Assembly (NCBI GenBank): GCA_965198225.1
Contig: CBDAOY010000009.1
Span: forward strand, 768,001 to 832,000
Origin: Terriglobia bacterium
GTDB lineage: Bacteria > Acidobacteriota > Terriglobia > 20CM-2-55-15
Reading direction: 5' to 3'
Length of the DNA: 64,000 nucleotides
Part shown: positions 30,140 through 40,016 of the stretch, piece after piece
Numbering within the stretch: position 1 is the stretch's first letter
Layout: each line of letters opens with the position of its first letter
The notes under the pieces: generated by a model
Seen by the model: only the letters and a program-made list of their open reading frames with translations
Database searches by the model: none
Told to the model about the DNA's origin: nothing
Program-made: the position numbers and the translations under genes

Positions 30140-30919
30140 AGGGTGGCCGAAGAACAGGAGCTTCTGACCTGGCCCGACCTCCCCATGCGCTACGTGCCCC
30201 GCCCGACTTGGGCGCGGAGTGCGGCGCCCTACTTGTATTTTCTCTCCTACCGGGCCCCGGCGGTCTTCGGCCGGCCACCCGTGCACGACTACCTGGTGAG
30301 AGCGATCGACGCTGGCCAGCCGGCGGACCTCCAGGAGGAGTTACTCCGGAGTTACAACGACGGCGTCATCAAGCTCAACCACGTCATCCACCACGGGCAC
30401 CTCGGCCACCACGGCCAGAACTGGCACGCCTACCGAGCGGCATCCCAGATCGGTCAGATTGCTGCCGTGGATTGCGCTTCCCGCATCGCCATGGTCTGCG
30501 GGGGCACCATGGCCGAGGGCTGGGCATCCTACTCCACTCACCTCATGCGCGAGGTCGGCGCTCTCACCCCTCGGGAGGAGCTGTGGGAACTGAACGACCG
30601 GCTGCGCATGTACGCACGGGCCGTCGTGGACATCCGCCTGCACCAGGGTCGGTACACCCTCGACGAGGCCATCGAGCACTACGAGCGGGAGGCGAACATG
30701 ACCCCCGGATCGGCCCGTGGCGAGGCGATCAGAAACAGCATGTTCCCCGGTGCGGCCGTCATGTACATGCTGGGTAAGGAAGAGATCCTTCGATTGAGGC
30801 GGGAGATGCAGCAACGCCAGGGAGACCGCTTCAGCCTTCGACGCTTCCATGACGACCTCCTGTCGTACGGATCCATCCCGGTCTCTCTGATCGGAGCCTC
30901 TATGAGAGAGAGGGAGTAG
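30140..30919 (+). pseudogene. 5'-truncated DUF885-family protein
   Basis: HHGHLGHH, AEGWASY, RAVVDIRLH, YMLGK, FHDDLLSYGSIP; begins exactly at the IS junction and is much shorter than typical DUF885 proteins. Confidence 0.75.
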
Positions 30920-31268
30920 TCGCGGGATGAGCAACGGCCCGGCCCGGGCTTCTAGTGGCCTGTAACAGTATGAATGTACGATGCCACCACATCCTTTACA
31001 CATGACGTCAGGACATCCTTTTCAGGTTTGGAGTGGAATCAGTTGACACAGCTTCGGCAAGCGAAACTCTAGGATTGGGTGTAGGGGCGCTCTATGAGCG
31101 CACAGATTCCAGCCAAACCACTGTGGCGTGTAACAGTGCCTTTTTCGTTTTACACACATGATTGGAACCGCCTCGGGAGGGCAGTGTCTACTTGCTATCT
31201 GGTTCCGTATGTAATAGAAAGATAGGCAGGATAATTACGTATACCTGACTGAACCGGACAAGACAATT

Positions 31269-33647
31269 GTGAAAAAATCGTTCATTCCGATCCTCTTGGT
31301 GTTGCTGGTAGGTGCGGTTCTGGCTCTCGGGCAATCCGAAAGCCCCGTGGAATCTCAACGAGCCGTCGTGAACAGCTATTGCGTCGTTTGTCACGACGAC
31401 GACACCAGCTCCGGAGGCTTTTCCTGGGAAAGCGTCGATCTGACGCGCCCCGAAATGCACACCCGGGAACTGGAAATGGTCATTCGTAAGGTCCGGGCGG
31501 GCATGATGCCGCCGGTCGGTATGCCGCGCCCCGATGCGAAAGCCCTCGACGCCTTCGTCACGGGATTGGAATCGCGCATCGACCGTGTCGCTGCCCAGAA
31601 TCCGAATATGAAGCCGCCGCCGCTGCATCGGCTGAACCGAACCGAGTACCGCAATTCCGTGCGGGAGCTGCTGGACTACGATGTCGACGTGTCGGGGCTT
31701 TTGCCGGCCGACCCCAAAGCGGGCAGTTTCGATAATCTGGCCGACGCCCTGACGATAACCCCCGCGCTGATGCAGGGCTACGTTCGCGCCGCCGAGAAAA
31801 TCAGCCGCGAAGCCGTGGGAGATCCCAACACCTCGTCGGCCATGGTCGGATACAACGATGTGAATCAGGTCGGCAAGGCCGCCAATCAGTTCCGGCGCGT
31901 CCCGGGTGCGCCATTCGGCACCCGCGGCGGTATATCCGTGATCCATAACTTCCCCGCCGACGGCGAATACATTTTCAAGGCGGCCCTGGCCTATCACCCG
32001 CAGGGCCAGCTCATCGGCGCCCGGCTTCCGGATTCGATCAAGGACCAGCAACTGGAAGTTTCCATCGACGGCGAGCGGGCCCACCTGTTCACGATCGATC
32101 CGGAAGTCAAGGAATACGAAGGCGACCTCTTCACGCCTCCGATCAAGGTCGAAGCGGGTCCTCGTCGCGTCTCCGTGGTGTTCCTGAAAAAGTTTGATGG
32201 CCCCGTGCAGGACCAGTTCTGGCTGATCGAACAACTGTTGCTGGACGCGACCGTCTCGGGTCACCCCGAAATGACCGCGTTGCCGCACCTGAAGAATTTC
32301 TGGATTACGGGTCCGATGGACGTGACCGGCATTGCCGAAACACCCAGCCGTCGGAAAATCTTCAGCTGTCGGCCGGCCACGCCCAGCGGGGAACCCGCCT
32401 GTGCGGCCGAGATCATTTCCCGTCTCGCCGGCCAGGCGTACCGCCGGCCCGCGACTCCGGAGGATCTGGAAGCCCTGATGCCGCAATACGAGGTGGGGCG
32501 GAGCAACGGGACCTTCGACAGCGGAATCCAGACGGCGCTGCAGGCGATACTGCTGAACATGGAATTCATTTTCCGGTTCGAACGCACTCCGCCAGGAGTC
32601 GGTCCCGGCGAAGCGTACCGCATCAGCGATCTGGAACTGGCCTCGCGCCTGTCCTACTTCCTCTGGAGCAGCAGCCCGGACGACGAACTCATCACGCTGG
32701 CTAGCGAAGGCAAACTCAAGGACCCGGCCGTGCTCGAGCAGCAGGTCCAGCGGATGCTGAAGGATCCGCGATCTTCATCGCTTGTGGAAAACTTCGCGGG
32801 ACAATGGCTGCGTCTGGGCGGCCTCATCGAAATCACGCCCGAATCCCTCATCTACCCGAACTTCACGCGAAATCTCGCCCATTCCATGCGGCGCGAGGTG
32901 GAAATGCTTTTCGACAGCGTGATTCGCGAAGACCGCAACATTCTCGACCTGATGACGGCGGATTACACCTTCGTGGATGAGGTGCTGGCCCAACACTATG
33001 GTATCCCGAATATTGTCGGACCCCGATTCCAGCGCGTGACGTTGACCGATCCGAACCGGTTTGGACTGCTGGGAAAGGGGGGCATTCTGGTCATGACGGC
33101 ACTGCCCAACCGAACGTCCCCGGTGATAAGGGGTAAATACGTCCTGGAAGTCCTGCTTGGGACGCCTCCGCCGCTTCCGCCGGCGAATGTGCCGCCCTTT
33201 AAGGAAGCCGGTGATTTCGAGACAGTACAATCCGTGCGCGCTCGACTCGAACAGCACCGCGAAGTAGAGCCTTGCCAGTCATGCCATCAGATCATGGATC
33301 CGATCGGCATCGCGATGGAGAATTTCGATCCGGTCGGACTGTGGCGCACGAAAGATCACGGCAATGTCATCGATCCGGCCGACACGATGTATGACGGAAC
33401 ACCGCTCTCCGGACCCGTCAGCGTTCGGGACGCGGTTCTCAAGCATTCGGATCTCTTTGACTTGAACTTTGCGGAGCAGCTCCTGACCTACGGGTTGGGC
33501 CGCGTGGTGGATTACCGGGATCAGCCGGTCATCCGCTCAATCACGCGGGATGCGGCAAGAAACGGCAATCGATTCTCGGCCTTCGTCATGGGCGTGATCA
33601 AGAGCCCATCGTTCCAGATGTCGAGACGCGAGCAAACCGAACAATGA
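31269..33647 (+). CDS. DUF1592/1588/1587/1595/1585 domain cytochrome c-like protein
   Basis: Signal peptide; CVVCH and CQSCH heme motifs; RLNRTEYRN, ELASRLSYFLWSS.PD, RTSPVIRG. Confidence 0.9.
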   Translation: MKKSFIPILLVLLVGAVLALGQSESPVESQRAVVNSYCVVCHDDDTSSGGFSWESVDLTRPEMHTRELEMVIRKVRAGMMPPVGMPRPDAKALDAFVTGLESRIDRVAAQNPNMKPPPLHRLNRTEYRNSVRELLDYDVDVSGLLPADPKAGSFDNLADALTITPALMQGYVRAAEKISREAVGDPNTSSAMVGYNDVNQVGKAANQFRRVPGAPFGTRGGISVIHNFPADGEYIFKAALAYHPQGQLIGARLPDSIKDQQLEVSIDGERAHLFTIDPEVKEYEGDLFTPPIKVEAGPRRVSVVFLKKFDGPVQDQFWLIEQLLLDATVSGHPEMTALPHLKNFWITGPMDVTGIAETPSRRKIFSCRPATPSGEPACAAEIISRLAGQAYRRPATPEDLEALMPQYEVGRSNGTFDSGIQTALQAILLNMEFIFRFERTPPGVGPGEAYRISDLELASRLSYFLWSSSPDDELITLASEGKLKDPAVLEQQVQRMLKDPRSSSLVENFAGQWLRLGGLIEITPESLIYPNFTRNLAHSMRREVEMLFDSVIREDRNILDLMTADYTFVDEVLAQHYGIPNIVGPRFQRVTLTDPNRFGLLGKGGILVMTALPNRTSPVIRGKYVLEVLLGTPPPLPPANVPPFKEAGDFETVQSVRARLEQHREVEPCQSCHQIMDPIGIAMENFDPVGLWRTKDHGNVIDPADTMYDGTPLSGPVSVRDAVLKHSDLFDLNFAEQLLTYGLGRVVDYRDQPVIRSITRDAARNGNRFSAFVMGVIKSPSFQMSRREQTEQ

Positions 33648-33761
33648 TCGGTTGGCAGGCAGCAACGGTTGATAACGGAACCAGAAACGTGAAACATCGC
33701 GGTTTTTCCTGCGGCGTTTTGCTGAACCGAGTAAACCAAACAAACGGAAACGGCTAGACCA

Positions 33762-35132
33762 ATGTTCATAACGAAGAAGCACATCTCCAGGCGCGCGGTC
33801 CTCAGGGGCACGGGCGCGATGATTTCTCTGCCGCTGTTGGAAGCCATGGTGCCGGCTCAGACTCCACTGAACCGGACGGCGGCGTCTCCGAAAAGCCGTC
33901 TGGCCTGCATCGAGATCGTCCATGGCGATGCCGGCAGTACCAGTTACGGCACCGATAACAACCTCCGCATGCCGGCGAAGGAAGGTCGGGATTTCGAGTT
34001 TACGAAGATTCTCGAGCCGCTCGAGCCGTTTCGCGATGACCTTACCGTCGTCAGCATGATGAACTGCGATCCGGCCGACCCGATGATGCCCGAGGAGGTC
34101 GGCGCCGACCATTTCCGATCATCGGCCGTCTTCCTGACGGCGAGTCACCCGAAACAAACGATGGGGTCCGACGTGTATTGCGGACCGTCCGTCGATCAGC
34201 TCTATGCACAGACGTTCGGCCAGGACACACCGCTTCCGTCAATGCTCCTTCAGGTGGAGAATGAGGATGCCACGGGAGCCTGCTTCTACAACTACAGTTG
34301 TGTGTACATGAACACGATCAGCTGGGCGAGCGCGACACAGCCGCTGCCCATGACATACAACCCCCGTATGGCATTCGAGGAACTGTTCGGCAGTGGCGGC
34401 TCGGAAGCAGAGCGTGCCGAGCGCCGCAGGATCAACCGCAGTATTCTCGACGGACTGTCGCGCAGCGCCGCCAGCCTGACGCGAGGCCTGGGGCCGGCCG
34501 ACCGTGCACGCCTGGACAGCTACCTGGATAACGTTCGGGAAATCGAACGGCGCATCCAGGCCATCGAGGCCTACAACGCCAGCCATCCCGACCGGAACTT
34601 GCCGAACGCGCCCATCGGCGTGCCCGATTCCTGGGAAGAGCACGTGAAGCTGATGCTGGACCTTCAGGTACTGGCGTTCTCCGCGGAAGTCACGCGCGTT
34701 TCGGCGATGAAGTTCAGCCGTGACGTCTCGAATCGCGTATTTACTGAAAGCGGATCGAAAGCCGCGTTCCACGTCGCCTCGCATCATCAGTCCGTGGCGA
34801 AGTCGATCGAGGAACTGGCCCTCATCAACACGTACCATCATAGCCTCGTCGCCTACTTCGCCGACAAACTGAAGAACACGCCCGACGGCGACGGCAATCT
34901 GCTGGATCACTCTCTGGTTCTTTACGGCAGCTCGATGGGCGATTCGAACGTTCACGGTCACAAGCGTGTGCCATTCCTCCTGCTCGGCCACGCCGGCGGC
35001 TCGGTGAAGGGCAATCTTCACCTCAAGACTCCCGAAGGGACCCCGCAGGCCAACGGGTTGTTAACCATCCTTCAGAAGCTCGGAATGGACATCGACCAGT
35101 TTGGCGACAGCACGGGAACCATTTCAATCTGA
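33762..35132 (+). CDS. DUF1552 (HXXSHH) protein, Tat-like signal
   Basis: SRRAVLRG...LPLLEAM; HVASHH; DGNLLDHS. Confidence 0.9.
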   Translation: MFITKKHISRRAVLRGTGAMISLPLLEAMVPAQTPLNRTAASPKSRLACIEIVHGDAGSTSYGTDNNLRMPAKEGRDFEFTKILEPLEPFRDDLTVVSMMNCDPADPMMPEEVGADHFRSSAVFLTASHPKQTMGSDVYCGPSVDQLYAQTFGQDTPLPSMLLQVENEDATGACFYNYSCVYMNTISWASATQPLPMTYNPRMAFEELFGSGGSEAERAERRRINRSILDGLSRSAASLTRGLGPADRARLDSYLDNVREIERRIQAIEAYNASHPDRNLPNAPIGVPDSWEEHVKLMLDLQVLAFSAEVTRVSAMKFSRDVSNRVFTESGSKAAFHVASHHQSVAKSIEELALINTYHHSLVAYFADKLKNTPDGDGNLLDHSLVLYGSSMGDSNVHGHKRVPFLLLGHAGGSVKGNLHLKTPEGTPQANGLLTILQKLGMDIDQFGDSTGTISI

Positions 35133-35151
35133 CGTCGCAGAGGAGAATTCA

Positions 35152-36723
35152 ATGTTCGGTCAAAGCGTCACTAGCGTCGTTCTCGGAATTTTGCTCGCGT
35201 CATCCGCCGGCGACGTCCGCATCGCGGACGCCGCCATGGAGCGCGATCACGCTACCGTCCAGTCGCTGTTGAAACAGAAAGCCGACGTCAATGCCGCACA
35301 AGGCGACGGCACGACGGCCCTGCACTGGTCGGCCTACCACGACGATCTCGAAATGATGCAGTGGTTGATCGAGGCCGGGGCCGACCTGAGCGCCACCACT
35401 CGTCTGGGGGCGATGACGCCGCTCGCCATCGCCGCCACCAACGGCAATGCCGCCACGGTCCAGCTATTGCTCGAAGCGGGCGCCGACCCGGATGCGGCCA
35501 ACAGCAACGGCACCACTCCGCTGATGGTGGCTGCAGCCGCCGGAAAACCGGAGGCGATCGAGCTGCTACTGGATGCGGGTGCGGATCCGAATGCGCGCGA
35601 GCTGACCAACGGCCAGACAACGGTCATGTTTGCCGCCGCGCTGAATCGCAGCGAAGCGATCCGCCTGCTTGCCGGGCGCGGCGCCGACGTGGATGTGTTG
35701 AGCGCCGTCTCCGAAGCCAAGGCCAATAAATCCTCCCATGACGCGCAGCGCGCCAAAAGCGTTGCCACCGTGGGGGGGAATGCCGCGCTTCACTTTGCGG
35801 CGAGAGAAGGCCAGTTCGACGCGGTTCGGGCGCTTCTGAAGGCCGGTGCGGACGTGAACCGGATCAGCAGCGCGAGCGACGGGATGACGCCCCTGGTGCA
35901 GGCCATCGTCAACGGCCGGTTCGATGTCGCCGAGGTCCTCCTGAAACAGGGTGCAGATCCGAACATCACATCGACCGCCTCCGGTGTCACCGCGCTTTGG
36001 GCTGTCCTGGATGCCCGGTATGCCCCGCGCGCATGGTATCCCTCGCCCAGCGTCGCCGAGGAAGAAACGAGTCACCTGGATCTGCTGAACGAACTGCTGG
36101 CCCACGGCGCCGACGTCAATGCGCGCCTGATCGTCAAGCCCTGGTTCAGGACCTTTGGCGACAGCAGACAACCGAATCCGGCCGGTGCAACCGCCTTCTA
36201 CCGGGCCGCACAAGCCAACGATGTGCCGGCGCTGAAGATTCTGCTGGACGCGGGCGCGAACCCGACGATCCCGACAACCGGCGGGACGGAACCGATCGTG
36301 GTCGCCGCGGGCCTGAACCAGGATTTTCAGGGCGCCCACTTCGTGCCGGAGTCGCGACTGGAAACGATCCGCTTTCTTGTCGAAGAGGCCGGCGCCGACG
36401 TCAAAGCCAGCGACTTGCTCGGCTATTCGGTCCTGCATGCCGCGGCCTACATCGGCCGTAACGACATCATCGAATATCTGGTGACGCATGGTGCGGACGT
36501 GAGTCGCCGCGCAAACCAGATCAGCAGCGGTAGTTCAGCTCAGACGGCAGAGCCCGGTCAGGGCGACACCGTCGCGGATATGGCCAACGGCTGGGTGGAA
36601 AAGACGCTTCAGTTTCCAGAGACCGTCAATCTGTTGATCGAGCTCGGTTCTGACTTTTCCAATACCTGCTGGGCGTCGGTGTGCGTCAACCCGCGGACCG
36701 ACAAGAAACCCACGAACCGCTGA
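35152..36723 (+). CDS. Ankyrin-repeat protein
   Basis: Repeated GxTPL/ALH..A..G...LL..GAD motifs; GAGGAG RBS. Confidence 0.9.
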   Translation: MFGQSVTSVVLGILLASSAGDVRIADAAMERDHATVQSLLKQKADVNAAQGDGTTALHWSAYHDDLEMMQWLIEAGADLSATTRLGAMTPLAIAATNGNAATVQLLLEAGADPDAANSNGTTPLMVAAAAGKPEAIELLLDAGADPNARELTNGQTTVMFAAALNRSEAIRLLAGRGADVDVLSAVSEAKANKSSHDAQRAKSVATVGGNAALHFAAREGQFDAVRALLKAGADVNRISSASDGMTPLVQAIVNGRFDVAEVLLKQGADPNITSTASGVTALWAVLDARYAPRAWYPSPSVAEEETSHLDLLNELLAHGADVNARLIVKPWFRTFGDSRQPNPAGATAFYRAAQANDVPALKILLDAGANPTIPTTGGTEPIVVAAGLNQDFQGAHFVPESRLETIRFLVEEAGADVKASDLLGYSVLHAAAYIGRNDIIEYLVTHGADVSRRANQISSGSSAQTAEPGQGDTVADMANGWVEKTLQFPETVNLLIELGSDFSNTCWASVCVNPRTDKKPTNR

Positions 36724-36944
36724 TTCTCTTCCCCAGGCTGCCGGGCGCCGGAGCATAGACAAAATAAGTGGCCGCCCACGAATAGTTTCGGCTGCGGCGC
36801 GAGCTGGCAGGTGCCCGGTCGGCGTCGGCGTGCTGTGTGCGAGGCGAGATCTGGGATCGCTACCTCTAGAAGCAGCACGTATCGCCACCCCCCAGCGGGG
36901 GCCTAGCTCGGCCAAGGCGGAGACGCATCCGAGAGAAGTCTGTT

Positions 36945-37382
36945 ATGGAGTACTTGAGGCTCTGCGCGGCCATCGTCGGGGCACTTCTGTTGCTGGGTTG
37001 TTCCAGTGCTGAGGAGAGTCGTTCCGTGAACCTGAACGCCGATCAATCGGCCGAAGATGCGCTGGCAGAGACGCGAGCGGAAGGCGAGGTATCGGCCGTG
37101 AGTGTCCTGAGAATCCTGAATACGGCCGCAGTGGCGTACTTTGCAAGGAACGGGCGTTACCCAAGCCTCGAAGAATTAACCGAGGCGGGGTTGGTGAACC
37201 TGGAGGATGCTGGGGATTCACAAGGACCGTATCAGTACAGCCTCTCCGAAACGGAGGCCGGATATGAGATAGTCGCCCGCCCGGAAGAGGAGTCTTGGGC
37301 CTACTTTTATTGTGACGAGACGGGCATCATCCGTTCCGAAATCGGGCGGCCTGCCAATGCGGAGAGTGCTCCAGCGAATTAG
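36945..37382 (+). CDS. Putative lipoprotein with pilin-like C-terminal segment
   Basis: LLLGC lipobox; AVSVLRILNTAAVAY...GRYPSL.EL and YFYCDETGIIR. Confidence 0.6.
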   Translation: MEYLRLCAAIVGALLLLGCSSAEESRSVNLNADQSAEDALAETRAEGEVSAVSVLRILNTAAVAYFARNGRYPSLEELTEAGLVNLEDAGDSQGPYQYSLSETEAGYEIVARPEEESWAYFYCDETGIIRSEIGRPANAESAPAN

Positions 37383-37438
37383 GCGGTCACGGCGCACGCG
37401 ACTCGTGACACTTTCTACTTGGTTCGCCTAAGAGGTCT

Positions 37439-37530
37439 GAAGAACTGAAGTAACGGGTGCCAGCACCGTACTGTGGCCCGGATTTGCAATTCTCAACTCC
37501 CACTAAGTCGCCTACACGGAAACGTGGAAT
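37439..37530 (+). pseudogene. Kinase 3'-tail remnant plus unoccupied palindromic site
   Basis: EELK*RVPAP; next bases match the region after kinase 3 (ggcccggat.tgca..c.caactccc); then aagtcgcctacacggaaacgtggaat. Confidence 0.8.
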
Positions 37531-37651
37531 CATCAGGTTCATTGTCGGGTTCCGTTTGTGCTCCATTAAGAGTCGAGACTCGGAAACACCATTGTTTCTA
37601 TTAGAAGGAATCGACGCCAATTTGACAGTTTACGATTCAGGGTTAGTTTCG

Positions 37652-37690
37652 CAAGCTAGACGTCGCGGGTTCGATCCCCGTCTCCCGCTC
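37652..37690 (+). other. 3' half of tRNA-Gly (att-like remnant)
   Basis: CAAGCTAGACGTCGCGGGTTCGATCCCCGTCTCCCGCTC contains the T-arm and Gly-type acceptor 3' strand; no D-arm upstream. Confidence 0.8.
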
Positions 37691-37708
37691 TTTAATCAAT
37701 GACTTACG

Positions 37709-37732
37709 GGCCGGTCTTCCGGCCTGTTTTTT
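37709..37732 (+). terminator. Rho-independent terminator after the tRNA remnant
   Basis: GGCCGG-TCTT-CCGGCC-TGTTTTTT. Confidence 0.7.
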
Positions 37733-37891
37733 CTGTAATTCGCCAGGCACACCCCAGCGGCGACATTCCTGCTGTGCGCCTTGCCTCCCGCAGTTCTTCA
37801 ATCCCCACCTATTTCACGTATCCGCTGCGACAGGGCGGCCGGATATGCGATTATGAACCGACGATTCGGGTGCCGCGAAGGGGGGAGGCGG

Positions 37892-39706
37892 ATGACGAGG
37901 AGAATAGCGATGACGAGAAGGGGGTTTGGGCTGGCCGTTGCGATTCTGCTCGCCGTGACGTCGGGCTGCGGTGGCGGCGATTCGCGGGAGGGTCTGAAGG
38001 TCTACCGCCATTCCGAGAACGGATCACCGACCAATATCGATCCGATTCGGTCCAATACAGTCTATGCGAACATCATCACCGTCAACGTCTACGACACACT
38101 CTACCGCTACAAGTATCTCGCGCGGCCTTACGAGCTCATACCCAACCTCGCTGTCGGCATGCCCGAGGTTTCGGACGACGGCCTGAACTATACGATCGGG
38201 ATAAGACAGGGCGTCGAGTTCATCGACGACGAAGCCTTTCCGGACGGAGTTGGAAGGGAGGTTGTTGCCGGCGATTTCGTCTACTCGATCAAACGGCATT
38301 TCCATCCGGAGAACATCTCTACGGGCGCCTGGCTCTGGGATGGCCGGATCGAAGGCATGGACCAATGGATAGAGGCCGGTGGCGATTACGACGCCCCGGT
38401 ATCCGGTTTGACCGCGCCAGACGACTATACGATCCGGATTCGACTGACCCGGCCGTTTCCCCAGCTGACCTACACGTTTGCTATGGGCTTCTCAGCCTTC
38501 GTGCCGTATGAGGCCGTCGAATATCACGGCACCGCGTTCGGCCGGCGCGCCGTGGGCTCGGGTCCCTATCGGCTCATCGCTTTCAACACGACGCGCGCCG
38601 TCTTCGAAGCCAACGAGAAATACCGTGAAGAGCCGCTGGACCTGGCCTACGAGGGCTACGATCCCGACGTGCACGGACATCTCGGTATCGAAACGCTGGC
38701 CGGTCTCGCGCCTCCCTATGTGGATCGTCTCGAGATCGATTTCATCGAGGAAACTTCCTCACGCTGGGCCTCGTTTACATCGGGCCGCGAGATTCAATAT
38801 GCGACCGTGCCGCCCGAACAAGTGCCGTCCGTACTGGCATCGAGGAATCCGGTCACACTCAACCCTGAGTTCGCCGACCGCTACCATATGATCTCGACGC
38901 CCGAAACCGGTCTCGTGTTCACGGTCTTCAACATGGACGATCCCGTGATCGGTGTAAACGACGATCCCGAGCGCAATCGGATGAATCGGGAGCTCCGCTG
39001 TTCCGTTCGCGATGCGTTCAGCTGGCAGCAGCGCAACGAGCGTTTCTATGCCGGTCTCGGCGTCGTCTTTCCCGGCATGATCCCGCCCGTGGTGCCCGAG
39101 TTCGACGCCGGCATGGACCAGGACTCCGTGACCCAGAATGCGGATCGCGCGCGCCGGCGGCTCGCGGATGCGGGCTGGACGGCTGCGAGCCTGCCCGAAC
39201 TCGAGTACGGTTCGACGGCGAATACGATCAACCGCGAGATGTACGAGCAGTTTCGCGGCAATCTCACGAACGTCGGTTATCCGCAGGACAAGATCTCCAT
39301 TCGAACGTTCGCGAACTTCGGCGATTTCAACGAGGCCATGAGGAACAGGGAGCTCATGATCATGGGCTACGGCTGGGGCATGGACTATCCCGATGCCGAG
39401 AACACACTGCAACTCTTCTACGGACCCAACGGCTCGCCGGGTTCGAACGCCTCGAATTACAGCAATCCCGAATACGATGCCCTGTACGAACAGGCGGCCG
39501 TGATGCAGCCCTCACCGGAACGCACGGCGATATTCCAGCGCATGAACCAGATGCTGATCGACGACTGCGTCGGGCTCATGGCACTGTCGCGCCAGAGCGT
39601 GTTCGTCTGGCACAAGGACGTGATCGGCCAGCCGGACCGTGAAGTCCTCGGCGGTTTCTGGCTGCGCTTTGTCGGCGTCCCCGACGTTGCCGGCTCGACC
39701 GACTGA
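37892..39706 (+). CDS. Peptide ABC transporter substrate-binding lipoprotein (family 5, OppA/DppA-like)
   Basis: Lipobox TSGC; YDTLY, PNLA..MPEVSDDG..YT, GSGPY, WGMDYPD. Confidence 0.9.
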   Translation: MTRRIAMTRRGFGLAVAILLAVTSGCGGGDSREGLKVYRHSENGSPTNIDPIRSNTVYANIITVNVYDTLYRYKYLARPYELIPNLAVGMPEVSDDGLNYTIGIRQGVEFIDDEAFPDGVGREVVAGDFVYSIKRHFHPENISTGAWLWDGRIEGMDQWIEAGGDYDAPVSGLTAPDDYTIRIRLTRPFPQLTYTFAMGFSAFVPYEAVEYHGTAFGRRAVGSGPYRLIAFNTTRAVFEANEKYREEPLDLAYEGYDPDVHGHLGIETLAGLAPPYVDRLEIDFIEETSSRWASFTSGREIQYATVPPEQVPSVLASRNPVTLNPEFADRYHMISTPETGLVFTVFNMDDPVIGVNDDPERNRMNRELRCSVRDAFSWQQRNERFYAGLGVVFPGMIPPVVPEFDAGMDQDSVTQNADRARRRLADAGWTAASLPELEYGSTANTINREMYEQFRGNLTNVGYPQDKISIRTFANFGDFNEAMRNRELMIMGYGWGMDYPDAENTLQLFYGPNGSPGSNASNYSNPEYDALYEQAAVMQPSPERTAIFQRMNQMLIDDCVGLMALSRQSVFVWHKDVIGQPDREVLGGFWLRFVGVPDVAGSTD

Positions 39707-39708
39707 GG

Positions 39709-39980
39709 TAGTGGTCCCCGCCAGAGATAACGTTACTATCTCCGAAGGAGGTTGCGAGCGGACTGGGTGAAATCCACTGTGATGTATGTGTGTGCTTTCG
39801 ACGGTGTTGAGTGTTCATGAGGGGCAACCTCCATCGGCCCTGCGGGTTCGGGCGGAACGGTGCCGTCTTTGGCGTCGCTCCTCTTCACAATGTCGAAGCA
39901 TTGGCTCCTCGTCGCTCCCCCAAATCCGGTGCCGTTGCACTCCGAAATCTAGTAACGCTATCTCTGGCGGGGACCACTAG
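39709..39980. mobile_element. MITE-like element B
   Basis: Inverted termini TGGTCCCCGCCAGAGATA / TATCTCTGGCGGGGACCA flanked by TAG; interior homologous to element A. Confidence 0.8.
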
Positions 39981-40016
39981 GACAAAATCCTTGAGCCACG
40001 AGACGCGTGAGGCGCG

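Noticed and set aside
31188-32486. Long antisense ORFs (also 27506-28594, 41599-42717, 59829-61115)
   Set aside because: Shadows of well-supported genes in GC-rich DNA, with no recognisable motifs
37620-37690. Intact tRNA gene
   Set aside because: No 5' acceptor strand or D-arm, and no CCA
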